From Promethearchaeota archaeon (lineage in GTDB: Archaea; Asgardarchaeota; Lokiarchaeia; Sigyniarchaeales; SOKP01): a stretch of DNA of 64,000 bases. This document shows positions 9,920-18,759 of this stretch, piece by piece. The position numbers and the translations under genes are program-made. The notes below the pieces were generated by a model. It had not been told where the DNA came from, did not search any database, and saw only the letters and a program-made list of their open reading frames with translations. Numbering within the stretch: the first letter of the stretch is position 1; each line of letters begins with the position of its first letter. The stretch is from positions 10,024 through 74,023 of the forward strand of contig JAGXNS010000003.1 of the NCBI GenBank assembly GCA_019894855.1, given 5' to 3'.

Positions 9920-10519
9920 TTATTTTACTTCAATAAACTTGAGCAAGCCAAGATCGTCTAAATCGTCGATCATTACATCAATCTCTGCCTTTGGAACGCC
10001 AGCCTCCTCTGCTATGTCAGCTACAGTGTGAAATCCATCGGCTAAATGAGCGATTTTATACTGTTCCTTGTTTAAAAAACCCTGAATGATTACTTGGGAA
10101 GGAAGACGTTTTGAAGTCCATGTGGGCTTCTGGTCTTGAACTTTCCGTAAATCTTCCTCCGAAAGCACCATGCCCTTTTTAGTTAGTAGTTTTTGAGATT
10201 TTACGAAGTCTTTTTCATAGATTTTTAAAATAGGTATCTTTATTTGGATTTCTGCTATATGACCGTTTTTTAACATGTCATCCATAATATTTTCAAATCC
10301 TGTGAACAACCTAACATCTCCCGACCAATCCTTCATTTGGTTTCCATACTTATCCAGGAATTTGTCGATAATATCACTTAAAATTTTGTGCGTTATTTTG
10401 GCATCGTCATTCTTGTCAGCAGCTGCTGTGCACAGTATCCCTTCCTTAAAAACAAGAAGGAGATAGAATATTTGCATATCGATGATTTTTAATTCACCTG
10501 ATCCTTTCGAGAACTCCAC
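9920..10519 (-). CDS. Roadblock/longin-like N-domain protein with a C-terminal winged-helix
   Basis: The C-terminus HTVADIAEEAGVPKAEIDVMIDDLDDLGLLKFIE is wHTH-like. The frame stays open and coding-like up to 10657 (..NVYLISNFTGICLIHRKYGTIEFNQDLVSGFLTALKDFS) with no ATG/GTG/TTG there. Confidence 0.4.
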   Translation of the reverse strand: MEFSKGSGELKIIDMQIFYLLLVFKEGILCTAAADKNDDAKITHKILSDIIDKFLDKYGNQMKDWSGDVRLFTGFENIMDDMLKNGHIAEIQIKIPILKIYEKDFVKSQKLLTKKGMVLSEEDLRKVQDQKPTWTSKRLPSQVIIQGFLNKEQYKIAHLADGFHTVADIAEEAGVPKAEIDVMIDDLDDLGLLKFIEVK

Positions 10520-10921
10520 TGAAAAATCTTTTAATGCTGTTAAAAAGCCAGATACTAAATCTTGATTAAACTCTATTGTCCCATACTTCCTATGAATTAA
10601 ACAAATGCCCGTAAAATTTGATATTAGGTAAACATTGTGAAGGATTACAATCCACTCCTTATAACATAATTATATTTTTTTTTATTAATAATATAAGTTC
10701 TACTATTTATAATTTCATTTAAGTAAAAATAGCAATTCCTACATTAAATATAATAGAAGAAATCTCAAATTAAAATCTGTTTTTTCTCCCTTATACAAAA
10801 ATAATTTTTAAATGGTTTCCTATTAGCTTTATTCTTTTTTTTTATGAATTGTTAATATCGTAATTAGATTGAAATTGATTTGTACATTATTAGAATCAGA
10901 TATCATACATAAGGGAAGAAG

Positions 10922-11236
10922 ATGGATTATTACACATTTTTCGTAACTGTACCTAATTTTGAAGAGGGTAAAAAAATTGCAGACTTATTAATAGAAAATA
11001 AATTAGCAGCCTGCGTAAATATCATACCTAATTTATTTTCCATATATTGGTGGGAAGGAAAAATAGAAAGAGATAACGAGTTACTTTTAATAATTAAAAC
11101 CACTGAAAAAAATTGCGATTTAATAATTAAAAAAATCGGAGAAGTTCACAGTTATTCGAACCCCGAATGCGTTGCTTTCAAAATCGAGAAAGGATCTAGG
11201 AAATATTTGGATTGGATTGACGAAGTTGTAGATTAA
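10922..11236 (+). CDS. cutA: Divalent-cation tolerance protein CutA
   Basis: KLAACVNIIP...SIYWWEGKIE...ELLLIIKT...HSYSNPE. Confidence 0.85.
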   Translation: MDYYTFFVTVPNFEEGKKIADLLIENKLAACVNIIPNLFSIYWWEGKIERDNELLLIIKTTEKNCDLIIKKIGEVHSYSNPECVAFKIEKGSRKYLDWIDEVVD

Positions 11237-11260
11237 AATAAGTAATGCGTTGTAAATATT

Positions 11261-12073
11261 ATGACATTTGACATCTTTCAAGTTGATTGGATTACAGTTG
11301 ATATTATCATAATAATATTGTTAATCCTGCTTTTAATCTGTGTAAAGGTACTTAAAGAAATTTATAGATGGAGATTTTTTTTTTCAAATGTTTCAACGAT
11401 TAGGAAAGTTGATAACCTTCTGGATATTAACAATCAGTTTTCGTCTATATCTATAAAAAAGTGCACTCTGACTGCATCTAACGTTTTTCAGCAAGAAGAT
11501 ATAATAAAACCGACAATAGTTTTAATAAAAAGGTATCGAAAACTAATGATGTTGAAAGCACTCACAGAAGCATTTTGCACGTCTGGATATAATGTGATAA
11601 GCCTACGGCTTAAAATATCAAATAAAAATTTGATGGAACGATTGATATCTGATATAGAAAAAGAGTTGCAACAAACTTTTCCTTCTATTATCATGTTTTA
11701 TAATCAAGATATTAACTTGTTAAGCCAGAATTATAATGTTATTGATTTTACTAAAAAAGTGTTACCTTTGAATCTTCTTTTGAAAGACTACCATTGTAGC
11801 AACATAATTTTGATTAACCCACGCTTAAATTATTACAATCTGAAACTATTTTTAACTTTACTAACTGATTCAAACAAAAATTCTAAATTAATTACGATAT
11901 TTAGTGAGAAATTAAATCCATTTTTTAAAAATAAGAAAGTAAAAAAGATACTACATAATAAAGAAACATTTAAATACACCAAATATACTATTATCCAAAA
12001 AAGTAAAAGCACATTCAAGTATTACGAAACATTACTTTTAAGCGTAATATTTAGATATATTGAGAAACAGTAA
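11261..12073 (+). CDS. Hypothetical membrane-anchored protein
   Basis: N-terminal hydrophobic helix (ITVDIIIIILLILLLICV). No recognisable domain. Confidence 0.3.
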   Translation: MTFDIFQVDWITVDIIIIILLILLLICVKVLKEIYRWRFFFSNVSTIRKVDNLLDINNQFSSISIKKCTLTASNVFQQEDIIKPTIVLIKRYRKLMMLKALTEAFCTSGYNVISLRLKISNKNLMERLISDIEKELQQTFPSIIMFYNQDINLLSQNYNVIDFTKKVLPLNLLLKDYHCSNIILINPRLNYYNLKLFLTLLTDSNKNSKLITIFSEKLNPFFKNKKVKKILHNKETFKYTKYTIIQKSKSTFKYYETLLLSVIFRYIEKQ

Positions 12074-12098
12074 AAAAGATAAAAGCGATTAATTTCTA

Positions 12099-12806
12099 AT
12101 GAAAGGCCATAAAATTCTAAGAGATCATTTAAATACCGTTACCTATTCTGAAAACCACTTGAAACTATTACAACAAAAAAGAGAACGATCTAAAACTTTG
12201 TTGGAGATGTTCGCTAAAGAGGGTTTGAATCTATTTATTTATGGTAGTATTGCTCGAGGCGATATTCATAACGATAGCGATATTGACATGGTTTTAATCC
12301 AAACTATCGCTCCGTATCAAATAGAAATAATACTCGACAAGAACGGTTTTAGTAATTACTTCAGAGAAATCATTATGGCAACTCCCACTGACACATTAAA
12401 ACTCTACATTTATTTAGACGAGTTAGAGAGCATAACAATTCCATTATCCAAGTTCAATAAAAAATCAAGCGAATTTTACGATTTTGGAGGAAAAATTAAC
12501 CTAAACCAAGTAAAAAATAGTATTAGAGTGCCTGGAATTGATAAAAGGTTAGTTTTAATTCAACCCCTTTCTAATGGTCATGAAGAATATTCGATTATTG
12601 GAAATGAAAATTTAGCTGCAAAGCAGTTGAATGTTAGTATTGATTTGATTAATGAAAGAAAAAGAGTTCTTTTAAAGAGAGAAAAATTTGGAAAAACAGG
12701 CGTATTTCTAAAGAGATTAATTGAAATGAACGAGACTACCGAAGATGTGTTACAAAAATTAGCCAATAAAAAATCAATTGTGAGAAAAAAACTGTTACAA
12801 AGATGA
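12099..12806 (+). CDS. Pol-beta-type nucleotidyltransferase domain protein
   Basis: YGSIARGDIHNDSDIDMV (GS...D.D motif). Confidence 0.6.
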   Translation: MKGHKILRDHLNTVTYSENHLKLLQQKRERSKTLLEMFAKEGLNLFIYGSIARGDIHNDSDIDMVLIQTIAPYQIEIILDKNGFSNYFREIIMATPTDTLKLYIYLDELESITIPLSKFNKKSSEFYDFGGKINLNQVKNSIRVPGIDKRLVLIQPLSNGHEEYSIIGNENLAAKQLNVSIDLINERKRVLLKREKFGKTGVFLKRLIEMNETTEDVLQKLANKKSIVRKKLLQR

Positions 12807-13954
12807 GAGATCCAATAATTTTAGAATCTAAAGCACAGACATTTTACGTAAAAAAAGAAGGAATTCCTAAAGGATGTCAACAATGTTTAAAGGGTACTAA
12901 AGCAGTATTATTTCTTAATGGAATCTGTCAGAATCCCAAACATTGCTGGTGGTACTGCCCGATTTCTGAAAAACGAAAAGGTAAGAAAGATACCTATATA
13001 AATGAGATTCAAATATCTTCTAAAGAGCAAATACTCCTCGAACTTAAAGCTATTAATGCGAAAGGGATGAGTATTACGGGCGGAGACCCATTATATGAGC
13101 TCAACTTAAAAAAAACGCTTGAATATATCAAATTCATCAAAGATATTAAAGGAAAAAAGTTTCACATCCACCTTTATACCAACGGTCTTAATTTTAGTAA
13201 AGAAATTGCGGTAAAACTCGCTCGAGCAGGGTTAGACGAAATTAGATTCAACCCATCAAAAGAAAATTGGAACGTGATTAAATACGCATTAAACAATGGT
13301 ATGTCTGTAGGTGCTGAAGTACCTGTGATTCCAGAAGAGGAATATATAGAAAATTTGAAAAAATTCATTTTTTATTTGAACAAAATAGGCGCAGATTTTA
13401 TCAATTTGAATGAATTTGAGTATAGCTTACCAAATAGTCAAAACCTTAAAGACCGAAATTTTAAGTTGGAAGCAGGTACAATAGCATCTGTAAAGAATAG
13501 TAAAGAATGTGCAATGAAGCTCATGCGTGATATCGTTCCAAAAGTTCCAATAAAAATTCATTTTTGTACGATTATAGCTAAGGATTATTGGCAATTGAGA
13601 GAAAGGTACTTAAGACGCGCAAAAACTATTAAATTACGATACGAAGAAATCACGAGAGATGGGTTGTTATTATACGCTTTAATAGAAGGCGAGAAGAAGA
13701 ATATTGAAGAGTTTTGTAATCTTTTATTAAAAGAACTAAAAATCCCACAAAACTTCTTTTCTTACGAAGCAACTACTATTAAATTACCATTAAAGTTTGC
13801 TATGGAAGAATCTTTTATGGATTTACTAATTCAACATAAATTACAAGGATACGTAATAGAAATGACACCGTTTCGAGAAGATAGATATCAACAAATAACG
13901 GAAAAAACACCTATCATGTTATTCAAAGAAGAGATGGGACTAAATGATTATTGA
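12803..13954 (+). CDS. Fe-S/radical-SAM-related protein (pyruvate formate-lyase-activase-related, COG2108-like)
   Basis: Cys cluster CQQC...CQNPKHCWWYCP and GGDPLY. 4-nt overlap with the upstream gene. Confidence 0.45.
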   Translation: MRDPIILESKAQTFYVKKEGIPKGCQQCLKGTKAVLFLNGICQNPKHCWWYCPISEKRKGKKDTYINEIQISSKEQILLELKAINAKGMSITGGDPLYELNLKKTLEYIKFIKDIKGKKFHIHLYTNGLNFSKEIAVKLARAGLDEIRFNPSKENWNVIKYALNNGMSVGAEVPVIPEEEYIENLKKFIFYLNKIGADFINLNEFEYSLPNSQNLKDRNFKLEAGTIASVKNSKECAMKLMRDIVPKVPIKIHFCTIIAKDYWQLRERYLRRAKTIKLRYEEITRDGLLLYALIEGEKKNIEEFCNLLLKELKIPQNFFSYEATTIKLPLKFAMEESFMDLLIQHKLQGYVIEMTPFREDRYQQITEKTPIMLFKEEMGLNDY

Positions 13955-14390
13955 TACCGTCACTCTTAAGGATTTAGATGAAATATACAATTTAGAAAGA
14001 AATTCTTTTAAGAAGGACTCATTTTCTAAAGAATTAATTCTTAATTTAATAATAAAAAACACATATTTTTTTAAGCTCATCGATGACGAATTATCGAACA
14101 GTATTATAGGGTTCATCATTATTATTCAAGATCGAGACGAGAGAGTAAACTTGATTAATTTTTTAATTAGAAAAGGGGAAAGAAAAAGAGGCTATGGGAG
14201 TTTTCTTTTAAGATACACCTTGAAAAAAGTAAAAACATCGGATGAGATAAAAACAATTGTATTGAATGTGAACTCCAAAAATAAAGCTGCTATAAGCTTG
14301 TATGAAAAATTTAATTTTCGAATTGCACAAAGAATAGAAAATTATTATCGGGACAAGCAAAGCGCTTATTTAATGATATTGAACATTTAA
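13944..14390 (+). CDS. GNAT family N-acetyltransferase (RimI/Ard1-like)
   Basis: Acetyl-CoA motif RKRGYGSFLLRY. Typical size. Confidence 0.7.
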   Translation: MIIDTVTLKDLDEIYNLERNSFKKDSFSKELILNLIIKNTYFFKLIDDELSNSIIGFIIIIQDRDERVNLINFLIRKGERKRGYGSFLLRYTLKKVKTSDEIKTIVLNVNSKNKAAISLYEKFNFRIAQRIENYYRDKQSAYLMILNI

Positions 14391-14460
14391 TCATTTTCTA
14401 AAAACCAAGACTTATAAATAAATTCTATTATAAATTGTGTATAGAACGCATTGATAATGT

Positions 14461-14472
14461 GCTTATAAAAGG
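14461..14472 (+). promoter_or_regulatory. TATA-like box upstream of the small ORF 14500..14652
   Basis: GCTTATAAAAGG lies about 30-38 nt upstream of the ATG. Confidence 0.3.
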
Positions 14473-14499
14473 AAACTAAACTAAAAGGTTTGAATTATT

Positions 14500-14652
14500 A
14501 TGTCGTTAGGAAACGAATTAAAAGACGAAATTAAAAAAGGTGTTACTCTCCAAAAGGTTGACGATGAAGACATGAAAAAACGCGAAGAAGAGAAAAAGAA
14601 ACGAATGGAAGAATTAGAAAAAATTAAACAAGCCTTGGGAGCAACAGATTAA
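14500..14652 (+). CDS. 50-aa miniprotein with a WH2/beta-thymosin-like motif
   Basis: Below the ORF-track size cut-off. My translation is MSLGNELKDEIKKGVTLQKVDDEDMKKREEEKKKRMEELEKIKQALGATD. It has its own TATA-like box and is followed by an oligo-T tract. Confidence 0.5.
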   Translation: MSLGNELKDEIKKGVTLQKVDDEDMKKREEEKKKRMEELEKIKQALGATD

Positions 14653-14700
14653 ATTTTACGAGTTTTTGTATTTTTATATTTTTTTTCTTTATTCTTATTT
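14653..14700 (+). terminator. Oligo-T rich putative archaeal terminator
   Basis: ATTTTACGAGTTTTTGTATTTTTATATTTTTTTTCTTT lies immediately after the stop. Confidence 0.3.
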
Positions 14701-14798
14701 AACTCACAATTCCCCAAGCAAGATGCAATTTGAGTGTGTTAAACTTAATTGTTAGGGTTAATTATAAAAATTTAGGAATTTTAAGTTTGAAGTGCCCA

Positions 14799-15872
14799 AT
14801 GAAAATTCTGGATATTGATAAGAAGGAAGAAACCATTTCATTAAGAATCGAAGATTTAAACGATCTATGGACGCTCTATAATACTATTGCCAAAAACGAC
14901 CATGTTACTTCACGAACAAACCGTAGAATCGTTTTAAAAGAAGGTTCTAAAGGAGAAAGAAAACAAATGAAATTGAAACTTAATGTCGATTCTATTGCAT
15001 TCCACGAGTTTTCAAATCGGCTGCGAGTGAAAGGAACTATATTAGAAGGCCCAGAGGATTTTGTTTCGTATGGAACATATCATACGTTTAATATAGAACC
15101 AGGGCAAAAATTAACAATTGAAAAACCTAAGTGGTTAAAAAGCGAGATTAAACGTCTTAGGAAATCGCCTAGATTTCAAACTGATTTTGTCATGCTAATA
15201 GTAGCGATCGAAACAGGGTTGGCTACAATCGCGCTCATAACAAATTATAGTCATAATAGAATAGCTACGGTAAAAAAAAACATCCCAGGTAAAAGATACG
15301 AGCAATCATATCGAAATAAAGCGTATGAAGAATTCTATAATGATATTAGTAGCATAATTAAAGAAAAAATAGAAAGTGTAGACATAAAAATCATTATAAT
15401 ATGTGGTCCAGGGAGCACAAAGGATCACTTAAAACGATATATTAACGAAAAAGCCCAAATAACGAGGTTACCGAAAATCGTAAGCATTCAAGCTAGTTCA
15501 GGAACTGAAAGTGCTATTCTAGAAACTCTTAAATCAAAAGAACTCAAACTCCTTAAGAAAAATGTTAAAATTTTCCTTGAAACCGAGAAAATTGAGGAAA
15601 TTTTTCAGTTATTCAGTACCAATTCTGATTTGATTGCAATTGGATTCGATGAAATCTCGAATGCCATTGAAAAAAGGGCAGTAAAGGAGCTTTTTTGTGC
15701 AGATATTCTTATAAGGGGAGCATCAAAAAAACAGAAATTAAGAATAGAACAATTATTAAACGGTGTAGAATCTCTGGGTGGAGAAATTCATATCTTAAGT
15801 AGCGAACACCCAACAGGGCAACAGATAATTGATTTGGGATCTATTGTTGCCATTTTAAGATTTAAAATTTAA
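14799..15872 (+). CDS. Pelota (Dom34) mRNA surveillance factor
   Basis: MKILDIDKKEETISLRIEDLNDLWTLYN is a typical Pelota N-terminus, with an eRF1-like central and C-terminal part. The track start at 14730 (TTG) is probably an over-extension. Confidence 0.85.
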   Translation: MKILDIDKKEETISLRIEDLNDLWTLYNTIAKNDHVTSRTNRRIVLKEGSKGERKQMKLKLNVDSIAFHEFSNRLRVKGTILEGPEDFVSYGTYHTFNIEPGQKLTIEKPKWLKSEIKRLRKSPRFQTDFVMLIVAIETGLATIALITNYSHNRIATVKKNIPGKRYEQSYRNKAYEEFYNDISSIIKEKIESVDIKIIIICGPGSTKDHLKRYINEKAQITRLPKIVSIQASSGTESAILETLKSKELKLLKKNVKIFLETEKIEEIFQLFSTNSDLIAIGFDEISNAIEKRAVKELFCADILIRGASKKQKLRIEQLLNGVESLGGEIHILSSEHPTGQQIIDLGSIVAILRFKI

Positions 15873-15902
15873 GAACTATAAAATCATACTTTTAATTCTA
15901 AC

Positions 15903-16943
15903 ATGAATGATAAAATACAGTATATAGATAAAACCTCTAAAATCCCACTAATGGGAGTAGATTTTTTAGGGATCATTGATAGAGGAACAAATGTAATCGA
16001 ACTTAAACCAAATACTCTTTGTAATCTCAAATGCAAGTACTGTTTTGTAAGTTCTGGTAATTACGATACTAACTTCATTGTAAATTCCAACTACTTAATT
16101 GAAAAAGTTCTAGATATTATCAGAATAAAAGGAGACTATAATCTCGAAATTCACCTTTCACCCTATGGAGAGATATTACTTTACAGAGAACTCGAAAACC
16201 TTTTAAAAAAACTCTCAGAAATCAAAGGAATCTCAATTAGATCAATGCAATCTAATGGCTTATTACTTTCGAAACCAGTTATTAATAAATTAAAAAAATC
16301 CAAACTCACTCGAATTAACATAAGCCTAAATAGTTTAAAAGAAGAGACGGATTGTTATCTATGTAATTGTACTCAGTATGATGTCGACAAGCTTATTAAA
16401 AATATTTATACGCTGATGAACTCCAACATACAGGTATTGATTGCACCAGTATGGTTTCCCGGAGAAAACGACAAGGATATTGAAGAAATTATAGAATTTG
16501 TCCTTAACGTGAGGAATGAGGGATATTCAGAGAGTCAATTACAAATAGGTATCCAGAAATATTTAATTTACAAGACTGGTAGAACCCTAAAAAAAATACA
16601 ACCAAAATCTTGGGATTATTTTTATTTATATTTATCGCGGTTGGAGAAAAAATTCAAGATTAAATTAAAACTTGGACCTAGCGATTTTGGAATTCATAAA
16701 CGAAAACGCGTATCAACCTTGGATCTTCAGAAAAATCACATCGTTAAAATAGAAATAGTATCAAGGGGAAGGTGGGAAAATGAGTGTATTGGTAAAATCA
16801 ATGATTCTCTTGGAATAAAGGTATTATTGAAAAAACCTCTTGTTTTTTCGGATGGATTAATTGGAAAGGTTATTGAAGGTAAGGTAATAAAAGCAAATTA
16901 CAAAGATAATATACTCACTGCCTTATTTCCTCATAAATTGTAA
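15903..16943 (+). CDS. Radical SAM protein (COG2100-like)
   Basis: CNLKCKYC (CxxxCxxC) close to the N-terminus. Confidence 0.65.
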   Translation: MNDKIQYIDKTSKIPLMGVDFLGIIDRGTNVIELKPNTLCNLKCKYCFVSSGNYDTNFIVNSNYLIEKVLDIIRIKGDYNLEIHLSPYGEILLYRELENLLKKLSEIKGISIRSMQSNGLLLSKPVINKLKKSKLTRINISLNSLKEETDCYLCNCTQYDVDKLIKNIYTLMNSNIQVLIAPVWFPGENDKDIEEIIEFVLNVRNEGYSESQLQIGIQKYLIYKTGRTLKKIQPKSWDYFYLYLSRLEKKFKIKLKLGPSDFGIHKRKRVSTLDLQKNHIVKIEIVSRGRWENECIGKINDSLGIKVLLKKPLVFSDGLIGKVIEGKVIKANYKDNILTALFPHKL

Positions 16944-17026
16944 CTTAATAAAAAGACTAAAAATTATAATTACGAATTTACATAAGAATAGTATCGCAAT
17001 TTAACATTAATCAATATTTTTATGGT

Positions 17027-17659
17027 TTGATTGTAATGAGTCCAATTATAACGCATGAAGATGAACTTGAATTAGCAAGTATGGAAAAAGAATTAATGAC
17101 CCAAATAAGGAAACTAGCAAAAGCTCAGAGTACTTTAATTGATTCTCAAAAAAAATACGCCGAAAATTTAAAAAAAGCAACACTTACTCGGGAAATGCTA
17201 AATAGAACTTTTAGAGATGTATTGAAACACATGCAAACTCTAGTGCGAGAGAAAAGATCAAATATTAAAGATGAAGAAGTGAAATTATTCCAAGATATCA
17301 TTCACAAAAACGATGGATACATAGAAGTGAACAACAAATATATTGATTCGATTAAGGACATCGCCGTAAAAAAAGACTACTTAGTAGAAAAAAAATACGA
17401 ATTTGCTTCAGCTTTAAACGAAGTAGCAAACAGAAGGAGCGTAGTCATCAAAAAAGCATTATCTGTTGAGAAAAAAAAAAACGATTTAATCGAAGGAGAA
17501 AAAATGAAACTCTTAGAGTCTGGATTGAATGATTCGCAAAGAGATTTTGATCGTGCTCGAGATATTTTATTAAAAAAAATACACCAATTTTTAGAAGTTA
17601 AGAACGAAGTAGATGAACTCTGGGTTAATTTGAAAAATAGCGTTGACAAAGCAAGCTAA
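17027..17659 (+). CDS. Coiled-coil protein, function unknown
   Basis: Heptad-like, K/E-rich helical sequence throughout. Confidence 0.4.
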   Translation: MIVMSPIITHEDELELASMEKELMTQIRKLAKAQSTLIDSQKKYAENLKKATLTREMLNRTFRDVLKHMQTLVREKRSNIKDEEVKLFQDIIHKNDGYIEVNNKYIDSIKDIAVKKDYLVEKKYEFASALNEVANRRSVVIKKALSVEKKKNDLIEGEKMKLLESGLNDSQRDFDRARDILLKKIHQFLEVKNEVDELWVNLKNSVDKAS

Positions 17660-17790
17660 CTTTAAATTTTTTTTATTTTATTTTTGAATACAATATCAAC
17701 TATGAACTTAACTTTATTAAATAGTTCAAATATATAATTATTAGAAAAAATACTTGGATAAATAGCAATTATTAACTTAGAGAGAATAAA

Positions 17791-18231
17791 ATGGCAGAAG
17801 AATTCGCAAATTTCATGCAAGAAACAAAAAAGGCTCCATTAGAAGAAAAACTAAACGCCTTTGGAGACATTGTTGAAAGAATGATGTCTGTAATTCTAAA
17901 AATACCCGATTTAGTAGATCAGTCTTTAGCTTCTGTAAATCAAAAAATATCCACATTGGAATCACGATTTAATACAATTAACAATGAAGTATCATCACTA
18001 CGGACCAAAGGCGGTGGGATATCCCCCGTAATCGCTTCACCTTCTTCTCCAAGCAGCGCACCACCACCTTCTGGAGGTCCACCCGGAGGTCCACCCGGAG
18101 GTCCACCGCCACCACCTGGGGGTCCACCTGGGGGTCCAGGAGCTGCTCGTCCAGCTAGCCCTGTGAGCTTAAGAGGTGCGATAATGGGTGAATTAAAGCA
18201 ACTTTTTTCTAAGAGAAATCAATCGGGATAG
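17791..18231 (+). CDS. Coiled-coil / poly-proline / C-terminal amphipathic helix protein
   Basis: N-terminal helix (VNQKISTLESRFNTINNEVSSL), then SAPPPSGGPPGGPPGGPPPPPGGPPGGPG, then SLRGAIMGELKQLFSKR. Confidence 0.6.
   Translation: MAEEFANFMQETKKAPLEEKLNAFGDIVERMMSVILKIPDLVDQSLASVNQKISTLESRFNTINNEVSSLRTKGGGISPVIASPSSPSSAPPPSGGPPGGPPGGPPPPPGGPPGGPGAARPASPVSLRGAIMGELKQLFSKRNQSG
18073..18141 (+). repeat. Tandem 12-nt GGAGGTCCACCC-type repeats (coding GGPP), a GC-rich island
   Basis: ggaggtccaccc x3 (the last with one change), then gggggtccacct and gggggtccagga. Confidence 0.85.
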
Positions 18232-18759
18232 TTAATTTACGAATTATTTTTCTAAAATAATTTCGCTCCAAACCTTCGCGATTGAAGAAATATTCTCTGC
18301 ATCATTTAAATGTGTTTTAACTTGAAGAAGATTTAGTTTCAGTCGTTCACTTTTAAGTATTAACCTAAGCGTTTTTAAAATCAATTAAAATTAAAACTAA
18401 AAAAAAAATATAATACTATAAGAAGCATTCTATTTTGATTTGATTTCTTTGGTGTAATAATTATTAGTAATGGTTCAAAAGTAAACAGGGTAAAAGTCGC
18501 TCACGATCTACAAAGACAAATCCTAGAAATTACATCCCTCGTTAGGGTTTTAAATAATTATTATTATAAAAAAGCAAAGATAGAAAAAAAACTAAAACCT
18601 CTTACATTAAAAAGATTTAACGATGAGTTAAAAATTATAAAAAGTGACGGAAATTGGCTTCATACCGTTCCGATAGCTATAAACTCGTTAAGTGACGAAT
18701 TAACCATCGATAAGGATTCTTTTAGATTTCCTGATAGCATAATTCTATTTGAGGCGTGG

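Noticed and set aside
14730-14798. 23-codon N-terminal extension of Pelota from a TTG start
   Set aside because: The family N-terminus begins at MKILDID (ATG 14799). The extension is hydrophobic, shows no similarity to the family and overlaps the promoter-like AT-rich region.
18073-18141. Short tandem repeats as a CRISPR-like or minisatellite element
   Set aside because: The 12-nt units are contiguous with no spacers, and they lie in frame within an ORF, encoding Gly-Gly-Pro-Pro. It is a coding repeat.
18232-18438. A minus-strand small ORF of about 47 aa (TTG start) between the Pro-rich gene and the 18439 ORF
   Set aside because: It has no motif, no convincing promoter or SD, and a leucine/lysine-rich low-information sequence. 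The support is insufficient.
18470-18500. A short intron joining ATG 18470 to the long ORF frame
   Set aside because: I tested 14-nt deletions at all equivalent boundaries. No complementary arms or BHB-like helices exist in this stretch. An indel, slippage or non-AUG start is more likely.
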